Positions 31,763-39,419 of a DNA stretch of 64,000 bases are shown here, one piece after another (positions within the stretch are counted from its first letter, which is position 1; the number at the start of each line of letters is the position of its first letter). The stretch is taken from contig LCBT01000003.1 of the NCBI GenBank assembly GCA_000997385.1, positions 192,892 to 256,891 on the forward strand, read 5' to 3'. A program made the translations under genes and the position numbers. Source of the DNA: Candidatus Daviesbacteria bacterium GW2011_GWA1_41_61. Lineage in GTDB: Bacteria; Patescibacteriota; Microgenomatia; Daviesbacterales; UBA10151. Under the pieces are notes generated by a model. It worked only from the letters and a program-made list of their open reading frames with translations, was not told the DNA's origin and did no database searches.

Positions 31763-31806
31763 GAAGAAATTTTAAACTTTAGACTTTAAGAAAACAAGGC
31801 AAAGAG

Positions 31807-32424
31807 CTAATTTAAGGCTAAAGCAGCAGAGTTGCCAGCTGTTTTAAAGATTAAAGTCGGGGCTTTATCCTTATCTGAGGATTTGGTGTATTGCTTTTCA
31901 AATTTTTCCATATCAGCTAAGAAATGGGAAACTTTAGCTCCCCAAGTGGGTGAGGCAGCATAAACCCTATTAATAGCATAAGGATTAGTTAACCCTTTAT
32001 TTAGGTAATTGGTTCTTAATCCTTCAGACACTGTATAAATACCTTCTTTCCAGGATTTAAAGTAAATAGCCTGAGTTCCATAAACTCCCCATCCCCAGCC
32101 ATTATAGGAGCTATAAGGGGTTCCTGATCCCCCGGGAACATGTTTACCAAAAGTGGATTCAACTCCTGAGATAGCAGCTACAAGTTTCCAGTCCAGGTTG
32201 TATTTATCAGCTGCATCCACAAAATTCTGAGCTTGATATTGTAAGGGAGAGTTATATTTTGTCAAATAAGCTTGGAGGATTTGGGCTCTTTTATCAATAG
32301 TACTCGAGACAATTTCTTCCTTTTGGGAGCCGGTATTTGGGCCAATAGTATCCGTAGCCCCCAGAGGCCCGTTTACTAAAAAGATAGATAATAGTAGCAA
32401 GGTAACAATTTTTTTGTTAAACAT
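31807..32424 (-). CDS. secreted lysozyme-fold peptidoglycan hydrolase
   Basis: Signal peptide; YNSPL...AADKYNLDWKLVAAISGVESTFGK...NGWGW. Confidence 0.75.
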   Translation of the reverse strand: MFNKKIVTLLLLSIFLVNGPLGATDTIGPNTGSQKEEIVSSTIDKRAQILQAYLTKYNSPLQYQAQNFVDAADKYNLDWKLVAAISGVESTFGKHVPGGSGTPYSSYNGWGWGVYGTQAIYFKSWKEGIYTVSEGLRTNYLNKGLTNPYAINRVYAASPTWGAKVSHFLADMEKFEKQYTKSSDKDKAPTLIFKTAGNSAALALN

Positions 32425-32591
32425 ACATTTCTCCAGGGAAGAAAGGATTTTCTTCCCCAAAGAAAAAAATCCTGGAGTCTGAGGGGTAATACTCCAGGAT
32501 TTGTTGTCAATTATACCCTATAGGCATAAAAAAGTCAAATTAAGAGGGCAGGAAATCCGGAGAGAATTCTGGTAAAATATCTAGGTATTAT

Positions 32592-32678
32592 GGGCGGGTG
32601 GCGAAACTGGCAGACGCGCTACGTTCAGGTCGTAGTTCCAGCAATGGAATGCAGGTTCAACTCCTGTCCCGCCCACCA
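32592..32678 (+). tRNA. tRNA-Leu(CAG)
   Basis: GGGCGGG/CCCGCCC, CTACG-TTCAGGT-CGTAG, CCA. Confidence 0.96.
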
Positions 32679-32679
32679 A

Positions 32680-32764
32680 GCCGGGGTGGCGAAACTGGTA
32701 CACGCGATAGATTGAGGTTCTATTGCCGCAAGGCTTGCAGGTTCAACTCCTGTCCCCGGCACCA
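32680..32764 (+). tRNA. tRNA-Leu(GAG)
   Basis: GCCGGGG/CCCCGGC, ATAGA-TTGAGGT-TCTAT, CCA. Confidence 0.96.
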
Positions 32765-32773
32765 TGGTATAAT

Positions 32774-32850
32774 GGACTCGTAGCTCAGTTGGTTAGAGCG
32801 TCTCATTTACACTGAGAAGGTCGAGGGTTCAAGTCCTTCCGAGTCCACCA
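32774..32850 (+). tRNA. tRNA-Val(TAC)
   Basis: GGACTCG/CGAGTCC, TCTCA-TTTACAC-TGAGA, CCA. Confidence 0.96.
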
Positions 32851-32853
32851 TCT

Positions 32854-32926
32854 GCCTCAGTTGCCAACGTGGTCAAGGCGGCGGTCTGAAGAACCGTTTA
32901 TGTGGGTCCGATTCCTACCTGAGGCA
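32854..32926 (+). tRNA. tRNA-Phe(GAA), atypical
   Basis: GCCTCAG/CTGAGGC, GCGGT-CTGAAGA-ACCGT, T-loop TCCGATT. Confidence 0.88.
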
Positions 32927-32936
32927 CAAAGTAGGT

Positions 32937-33617
32937 TTACAAAATTCTTAAAGTAGGTACAATAATAGCCCCATAAGTACCTTTTATTGTTTCTGAATAA
33001 ACTGTGGTTTGTTGTTCTAAAAGTAATCTAATTGAACCATTTACTTTGTAGAAGCGTGAGCTTGGTGGTAAATCCTGAAGTGAGTGTGCTCTCCAGTATA
33101 AGCGGGAAAAACCTCGATTAAAATTACCTTCTCCTAAATCATTAAGTAGGCTAGAAACAGTGTCCAAAATATCCGCATCGTGGCGATATCCGCTAGGGTG
33201 AAAAACAAAAACCACACCACTAATATCTGCTGGCTGATCATCTTTTATGTCGCCAGTGACTAGTATCCGTTCTCGAGCTTCCTCATCTGTAAGCCCAACT
33301 TTTCTAGCCAGGGGTTTAACAAGTTTACCTCGGCAAGCATTGATTTGTTCGCCGTCAAAGATCCCTTCAAAATATTTAGCTATTCCAGTTAAGGTTAAAA
33401 CCTCTTGGGCATAAGCGGTACTGCCTTGAGTTGTAATAAAGTTACGGCAGTTATGATTGCATAGTTTCTCCAGGAATCCGGTAACTCCTTTCCTTAAACA
33501 TTTAAGCGATAATTCTTCATCATAAGAGGCATTTGGCCCGCGTCTGTTTGTAGCAATTGGATAGAAATTACCCAAGGTGTGCTCTAGATCCCAGCCAAAT
33601 ATTTTACCTTCAACCAT
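32937..33617 (-). CDS. HAD-superfamily hydrolase-like protein
   Basis: WDLEHTL (motif I variant), ITT, GK, GDIKDD. Confidence 0.75.
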   Translation of the reverse strand: MVEGKIFGWDLEHTLGNFYPIATNRRGPNASYDEELSLKCLRKGVTGFLEKLCNHNCRNFITTQGSTAYAQEVLTLTGIAKYFEGIFDGEQINACRGKLVKPLARKVGLTDEEARERILVTGDIKDDQPADISGVVFVFHPSGYRHDADILDTVSSLLNDLGEGNFNRGFSRLYWRAHSLQDLPPSSRFYKVNGSIRLLLEQQTTVYSETIKGTYGAIIVPTLRIL

Positions 33618-33695
33618 AGAGCGTATTTTACAACTCAAACAGTTCTAAGTACAGTATTAAGTTAGTGAAAGTTGGGTAGACAAACAAGAACAGTA

Positions 33696-34478
33696 TCAAT
33701 GAATAAAAAGTTTATAAAGCGCAGTTTGTACGCGGTCTGGATCACCATCTCTTATAATATTATAGGCAGAATCGGTCGGTTTCCAGTCTCCGTTAAAGGC
33801 AACAATACCGTTTCTTCCGTTGTAGTCGATGAACTTAATCTCCCCGTTTGGGCCTATTCTTAAGTTTTCCAGATCGGGCTTAAAAACTATCTGACCATTA
33901 TTTTCCATACTACCAATAACAAAGTCCCCATGAGCTTGTCCTGTTCGGGCGATAACTTTTCTATAACGATAAATAAATTGATCAATACTTACTTTTGTTA
34001 CTTTTGCGCCTTCTAGCGTCGTACCTCTCTTTAGATATTCGGTAACAGCCATCCCATAGAAAGGTTGTTCGGTTCCTAAAACTTCTCCCGCTTCATTTTC
34101 TATAATTTTTGTTGGTAGAACTACTGTTTCCCGAAGATCAGGATCTTGACTGAATTCTTCATAGAATCGTACTTGATTTCTGGCCTGCTGCGTACCTACC
34201 TGGTTAGTGGTCTGTACTATGGCAAAAACTTTTTTATTTTCGCTATCTGAGAACACTTCTTTAGAAGTGCCTCCCCCAATTCTTTTAATAATAGTACTTT
34301 CTGCTAATTGACCTAGATAGGTTCTTCCCTCATCTGTTAACCTTCCGTGTGAGTCTAAAAAATTCACAGGAGATAGAACCCTTTCCAGCCTGTGTGTCTT
34401 TAATGGCGTTTCTACTTTGCTGGTACTTATATCAGTCTTATGAACAAGGGGTAATTCTGTAGCTACTGCATCACTCAT
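33696..34478 (-). CDS. protein-kinase-like fold protein
   Basis: IGGGTSKEVF Gly loop, HGDF, ENL, KFIDY. Confidence 0.6.
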   Translation of the reverse strand: MSDAVATELPLVHKTDISTSKVETPLKTHRLERVLSPVNFLDSHGRLTDEGRTYLGQLAESTIIKRIGGGTSKEVFSDSENKKVFAIVQTTNQVGTQQARNQVRFYEEFSQDPDLRETVVLPTKIIENEAGEVLGTEQPFYGMAVTEYLKRGTTLEGAKVTKVSIDQFIYRYRKVIARTGQAHGDFVIGSMENNGQIVFKPDLENLRIGPNGEIKFIDYNGRNGIVAFNGDWKPTDSAYNIIRDGDPDRVQTALYKLFIH

Positions 34479-34501
34479 GCTATTTTAATATATCACATAA
34501 C

Positions 34502-34530
34502 TTGCAGGCATAGGTATATAAAAGTATAAT
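34502..34530 (+). promoter_or_regulatory. sigma-70 promoter of tRNA-Gly
   Basis: TTGCAG-N17-TATAAT, 9 nt before the tRNA. Confidence 0.7.
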
Positions 34531-34539
34531 TTGTCTGTT

Positions 34540-34611
34540 GCGGCGGTAGTTCAGTGGTAGAATGTCTCGTTGCCAACGAGAAGGTCGCCGGTTCAAATCC
34601 GGTCCGCCGCT
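34540..34611 (+). tRNA. tRNA-Gly(GCC)
   Basis: GCGGCGG/CCGCCGC, TCTCG-TTGCCAA-CGAGA, U73. Confidence 0.96.
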
Positions 34612-34612
34612 C

Positions 34613-34840
34613 CTAAGTTAGTCTTTGCAGGTTTTGTTTAGCCTCTTCCAGATGTTGATAAATGTCAGGTGTAATAACAAATCCACTGATGGATGCTAAA
34701 TCTGATGGTGAGGCTTCTCTGCTTCCGGGTTTTTCTATAATTTTATTTACTCTAATAATTCCAGATTCAACCTCTTTTTCTCCAGCGAAACCGTACTTTT
34801 TAAATCCATCTTCAGTAGTATTTTTTTTACTCATGGTCAT
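34613..34840 (-). CDS. hypothetical protein
   Basis: 75-aa ORF filling the gap. Confidence 0.5.
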   Translation of the reverse strand: MTMSKKNTTEDGFKKYGFAGEKEVESGIIRVNKIIEKPGSREASPSDLASISGFVITPDIYQHLEEAKQNLQRLT

Positions 34841-34851
34841 TATTTAGCATA

Positions 34852-34880
34852 AAAACACTGCTTTTTACAAGCAGTGTTTT
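34852..34880. terminator. terminator hairpin after the DUF378 gene
   Basis: AAAACACTGCTT/AAGCAGTGTTTT inverted repeat. Confidence 0.7.
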
Positions 34881-34907
34881 CAAATAATTACCGTTCTACT
34901 AAAATAA

Positions 34908-35108
34908 CTATTTACTTTTCGCAGAACCAAACATTACATAAGCCATATAAACGGCTGCAGCTCCCACTAACAAATAGACCATCTTTTCTAAAGATGATCC
35001 TGTACCCAATATTGCACTAACCAAGTTAAGATTCAGAAGGCCTATTAGACCCCAATTTAAAGCACCAATTAAAACTAAAACTCCAGCAATCGGTTTTAAG
35101 TCTTTCAT
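34908..35108 (-). CDS. DUF378 family small membrane protein
   Basis: LVLIGALNWGLIG...NLV...YLLVG; GGGGGTGA SD before ATG 35108. Confidence 0.88.
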   Translation of the reverse strand: MKDLKPIAGVLVLIGALNWGLIGLLNLNLVSAILGTGSSLEKMVYLLVGAAAVYMAYVMFGSAKSK

Positions 35109-35216
35109 TTTCTCACCCCCTCTATCTATTCTAGTATGCTCAGATTTCAAAACCCTTGTCAACAGATTGATCATCAATCCCCAATTAGGTATAATTCTCG
35201 TTGTCTTGATGTAAAT

Positions 35217-35291
35217 TGCCGGGTCGTCTAATGGTAGGACATCTGTCTTTGGAACAGAGAATTCTAGGTTCGAATCCTAGCCCGGCAGCCA
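35217..35291 (+). tRNA. tRNA-Gln(TTG)
   Basis: TGCCGGG/CCCGGCA, TCTGT-CTTTGGA-ACAGA, CCA. Confidence 0.96.
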
Positions 35292-37707
35292 GTAAGAATT
35301 GGAAAGAGGTCGGGAGGTAGCGCTTTCCGCGCCTTTACCCTGAGGAACGTAGGGCGCCTCCGCGGAAAGCGCGTCAAATCCGCCTTTTTTGAAACTTGCG
35401 GACAGCCGCCGATCCAATAAAAAGAAGTTCGAGCCGACAGTTTTTGCCGTGATAGATAAATCATGGCAACTATTTTTTGCGCGCGCGATTTTGCGATTGC
35501 TTCGCAATCGCTTATTTTTTTACTCCGGGAGTTAGGCCCCTCCAAATATTTTTGCTGATACTTCACTGGATAATGGGTCATTATAAACTCTTTGAGGCAA
35601 ATCCCAGTAGTTTTCTGTCCCATAGGCTCGGGAGGCGGCACGGAATGAGTAATACAATTCTCCTGTCCTATTATATCTAAAGGCTTTTTTGTCCTTGCCT
35701 TCCAATTGACTGTTTACATACTCAAAAGCCTTTCTAATACCTCTTCCATCATCTGTTTGATAATTCCATAAGTCTACACCGTGCTTTTTAGCAATAGCAG
35801 CCATTTCACTCAAAGCAAAAAGATTAAATACCTGATAATCTAGGGACATATCTCCCCGTTTGGTTTCCTCAGTCATTTCTCCATCCGGCATTATTTGTGT
35901 TTTCATTCTTTCTTTTGTTGATTGAATGGCTTCTTTGACAACCTCTTCCCTTCCTAAAAAGTCGGCAACATACGCAACCTGAGCATCATAAAAAGTTCCG
36001 TGATTATTTAGCATCGCTCTCTCTCCTCCTCGTTCCTTTTCATTTCCAGCGTCCTTTTTCCCAATACCTTTTTCACTTGTTAGCAACCAATTCAAGTATT
36101 GGTCAAACCACTTTCTAACTCCATCAAGAGTTTCTTCATCAATCAAACCAGCATCTCTTAAGTTACTAATACCTTCAACGACCTGCATTAATCCCGCACC
36201 ATCAATAATTCCATAAAAATTACCGCTTTCCTCACCTTGTTTTATTTGAGCATATTCTAAGGAAGGGGTCATCCGTGTTTCATCGTTTACAAACCAGGTT
36301 CTTATCGCAGATACAGCATAATTTCCAAATCTTTCTTTTTGCGTGCCGTCCTCAGTGGCGTTTGCCGCTAAGGAACAAATATAAATTGCGTTTTTAATTG
36401 TTTGGAGCTTTTTAGGGTCTTGATAACTTTCTACCTCGGGATTGATAACTGTGTCCACCTGCTTTGGTTTACCGCTTTCATCTAAGTGCCAATATGGAGA
36501 TAGTGATACAAAGTCCCTTTTGTCTCCTGATGGAGAATTGTTTTTATCTGTAATTAAAGGTATTGGGGTAAGAATTATTTTCTCAGCAATTTTTAACACT
36601 TCGTTTCCGTTTTCTTGCTTTTCTATTTCTGTAGTCTGCACATCAATCATTGCCCCCTTTGCTATTTCAAAAAAATTAGTGTCTATACTCCTACCACTAT
36701 CAATATATTCTTTTACCGTTGGCCTTAATTTTTCACCTAAGGTTTTCCTTTGTTTAACCGACCTTTCATCAGCCTTTTTGGCGGCAGGAGCTATACTTCC
36801 TATTGGTTCAACATCTGGTGCGTAGATACCTTGAATAGCGTATGCGATACCCTCGTCCAATAAGGTTGAGGCTCTTCCTTGTTCATTAGGAAAGCCAGTA
36901 ACAGCCTCAAAATCGGACGAAAACTTAGAACCTGGCCTACTGTCTAATAATCCGTGGACGCCTTCGTGTAATGCTGTTGAGGCGGTAAGGGCAATTGCTA
37001 ACCCACCGACTACCTTATCTTTGTCCTCCTCTTTTACATCTTTGAGTAAAGGTTCAATAAATCCTCTTGTTTCAGAAATAGCCTGTTCTCTGCCTGGTAG
37101 CTGAAGTTCAATAACTGTTCCTTTTATTGTTCCTTCGCCAATTTTCCCGTCAACCAGCTGAACACTAAGGTCTTGATGATGGCATCCGCCATATTCACCT
37201 AGAAACTTGTGAGCCTGACTTAGAGCTATATCCACATTATCTGCTTTTAGTCTTTCAGATAATGCGAACTGTTGAGACGCATCTTTGTTTTGTCTGGCAT
37301 CATCTACCCTCATATTAAACCTCATTTCTTGCTTTGGAGCTGTTTCCGCACCTTCGCCATCCATACATTAATATTACTACAAAGAGATATTAATCTTCAT
37401 TAATGACTTGTTTTAACCGTAGATTTTATGTATATTGATATCGGACTCAATAATTTAAGAAGTCGCTTTTTTGAATGGCGCAATCGGACAACAGAAAGCG
37501 ATTTCTTGTTGAGTCCACCGGTTGCGCCATTTGAGTTTAATAAAAAGTTCTTTAAAATTTTTGCGTTTTTTTCTTTCGTTTGAAAAACGAATTCGAGCCG
37601 ACAGTTTCGGAGGCGCGGCGGGTGGGGGCGCCGCGCTGGAGCAAGCGAGGCCGAAGGCCGAGCTAACCAAATGAAGTTCAACATTTTTTGTAAACGGCCA
37701 GCCAGTA
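35283..37707. mobile_element. probable 2.4-kb islet at tRNA-Gln
   Basis: CGGCAGCCAGTA (35283-35294) recurs as CGGCCAGCCAGTA (37695-37707); GC-rich hairpin ends; 16-nt direct repeat at 35428-35443 and 37592-37607. Confidence 0.6.
35532..37364 (-). CDS. fusion of a zincin-like domain and an alginate lyase (PF05426-type) domain
   Basis: LHEGVH...DEGIA; GDKRDFVSLSPYW, WFVNDETRMTPSLEYAQ, GIID, NNHGTFYD, QIMPDG. Confidence 0.82.
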   Translation of the reverse strand: MDGEGAETAPKQEMRFNMRVDDARQNKDASQQFALSERLKADNVDIALSQAHKFLGEYGGCHHQDLSVQLVDGKIGEGTIKGTVIELQLPGREQAISETRGFIEPLLKDVKEEDKDKVVGGLAIALTASTALHEGVHGLLDSRPGSKFSSDFEAVTGFPNEQGRASTLLDEGIAYAIQGIYAPDVEPIGSIAPAAKKADERSVKQRKTLGEKLRPTVKEYIDSGRSIDTNFFEIAKGAMIDVQTTEIEKQENGNEVLKIAEKIILTPIPLITDKNNSPSGDKRDFVSLSPYWHLDESGKPKQVDTVINPEVESYQDPKKLQTIKNAIYICSLAANATEDGTQKERFGNYAVSAIRTWFVNDETRMTPSLEYAQIKQGEESGNFYGIIDGAGLMQVVEGISNLRDAGLIDEETLDGVRKWFDQYLNWLLTSEKGIGKKDAGNEKERGGERAMLNNHGTFYDAQVAYVADFLGREEVVKEAIQSTKERMKTQIMPDGEMTEETKRGDMSLDYQVFNLFALSEMAAIAKKHGVDLWNYQTDDGRGIRKAFEYVNSQLEGKDKKAFRYNRTGELYYSFRAASRAYGTENYWDLPQRVYNDPLSSEVSAKIFGGA

Positions 37708-37745
37708 TATGTGCCCTAGGGACTCAAAATTCTGGAAAACCTTAA

Positions 37746-37872
37746 TTAACGCTTAAGAACTTGAAGTGATTGGTGATTATTTTTCGCTTCCAATTTACAA
37801 CTTCCCCCAACAGGAAACGTAATTTTAGGATCCGAATGTCCAAAGTCAACATTCGCAATCACCGGAATATTA
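37746..37872 (-). pseudogene. S66 LD-carboxypeptidase/MccF C-terminal remnant
   Basis: NIPVIANVDFGHSDPKITFPVG with no start. Confidence 0.7.
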
Positions 37873-38080
37873 CTTGCCTAATTGATAACCTCAATTTCTT
37901 GGCCGCTTCACCGTTAGTAATTTTTCTGTCTAAGACATCAGCAATAATTTTAAGCTTTTGGATCTCTTCTTTCTTAAGTGGGGTATCAGACATATCAGCA
38001 TAGACCTGTGCATAATAGCTGATCCTGACAGCTTTGCTAAGATGACATTTTAATTTTGGCGGGGTATGACATTTCTAAAT
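37859..38080 (-). mobile_element. IS left-end remnant (ISNCY/IS481-like HTH)
   Basis: ATG 37993: MSDTPLKKEEIQKLKII...ITNGEAAKKLRLSIRQV, then stop; ATGACATTT repeated at 38042 and 38066. Confidence 0.6.
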
Positions 38081-38176
38081 TGGTATAAGAAAGTAGTTTG
38101 AGTACTTGACAGATATAAGATAATTTTTTATTGTAAAGTTAAGCATAATTAAACTAGAGTAATATGAAAAAGTAAT

Positions 38177-39241
38177 ATGAAAATTTTGATACTGCTTATT
38201 GTAATCGTCGTTTTGGGAATAGTTGGATGGTTTGCATATGGATCTGTCTCAACTAAACCGACTACACAGATTACCGCAAAACCAAAAGTAATCGGCACAA
38301 TATATTTCCGCCCGCAACATACTGATGCTCTTGAAGGTTTCAAAGAGGGAATGAGAAAATTGGGATATACTAATAAAGATATTACATATGACGATGTAGT
38401 TATCTTAGCAGGACCAAAGATGGAAGAAGATGTAAATAAAGCTGTACAAAAATTAATAGCAGATAAAGTAGATATTCTTTTCGTTAGCTTCGAAAGTAGT
38501 GCTAAAGTTGCGCTTGACGTTACTAAAAAATCCGGTAGTGATTTACCAATCGTATTTACCACTAGATTCCATGATCCGCTTAACTACGGATTAATCGAAT
38601 CTTATAAATCTTCGGGCAATAACGCTACAGGGGTAGCTACAAATTTAACACAGTCAATCCAAAAAACTTTGTTATTCTTCAAAGAAATAAATCCTAAAGC
38701 TAAAAGAATAGCTGCCTTCACTGATGGATTTATGATTCCTGGAATTAGTGATGCAATTCTCAAAGAACTTAAAGATCAAGCACCAAGATTTGGGCTTTCT
38801 ATTGTAGAGTACAAAACCCAGAAACCACCAAGTCTAGCAAAAGAAAACTGGGTCGAAGTGGCTGATAAAATTAAACTTGGCGATATTGACGGTCTTATTC
38901 ATCTTCCAGGTCATTTTTATGATTCAGATGACCACGGCGAAGGCAAATCGCAGGAAGCTGACGAAACACTACTTGCAAACCGTTTACACATACCCTTCGT
39001 AGTGCCATCAGAGGATTTGTCTTCCGGTGGAAGCTTTGCTTTCTCTGATGACTTTCATGCATCTGCAGGTCAGGCGGCAGTCATGGTACAAAAGATCTTA
39101 AATGGAATTAAACCAAAGGATATTCCTATCGAATACGGTTCAAAAAGTCTCCTCATTCTCAATTTGAACAGAGCTAGAGAGGCAGGGATTCAATTTCCAG
39201 AATCTATGCTATCTATAGCAAATATAAAAATTGATAAATAA
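38177..39241 (+). CDS. ABC-type substrate-binding protein (ABC_sub_bind family), no permease nearby
   Basis: N-terminal TM; GFKEGMRKLGY, LPIVF, SGNNATG, KILNGIKPKDIPIE. Confidence 0.85.
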   Translation: MKILILLIVIVVLGIVGWFAYGSVSTKPTTQITAKPKVIGTIYFRPQHTDALEGFKEGMRKLGYTNKDITYDDVVILAGPKMEEDVNKAVQKLIADKVDILFVSFESSAKVALDVTKKSGSDLPIVFTTRFHDPLNYGLIESYKSSGNNATGVATNLTQSIQKTLLFFKEINPKAKRIAAFTDGFMIPGISDAILKELKDQAPRFGLSIVEYKTQKPPSLAKENWVEVADKIKLGDIDGLIHLPGHFYDSDDHGEGKSQEADETLLANRLHIPFVVPSEDLSSGGSFAFSDDFHASAGQAAVMVQKILNGIKPKDIPIEYGSKSLLILNLNRAREAGIQFPESMLSIANIKIDK

Positions 39242-39419
39242 ATTAATTTATCATAGAGATTCTTAAATTCATCAAAGGAACATTAGGCTTTTTAGTAACG
39301 CTCTCCTATTTAGAGTTGTAATCAGGAATAATATAAAAAAGTTTACTAGAAAGAATCCCTAACAGATCCGTAATTTTTTACTTGTAAAGAAATTATCGAT
39401 AAACTAAGATTAATATATT

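Noticed and set aside
35264-35680. Several short overlapping ORFs, also 37400-37684
   Set aside because: They coincide with GC-rich hairpin elements and show no protein-like motifs
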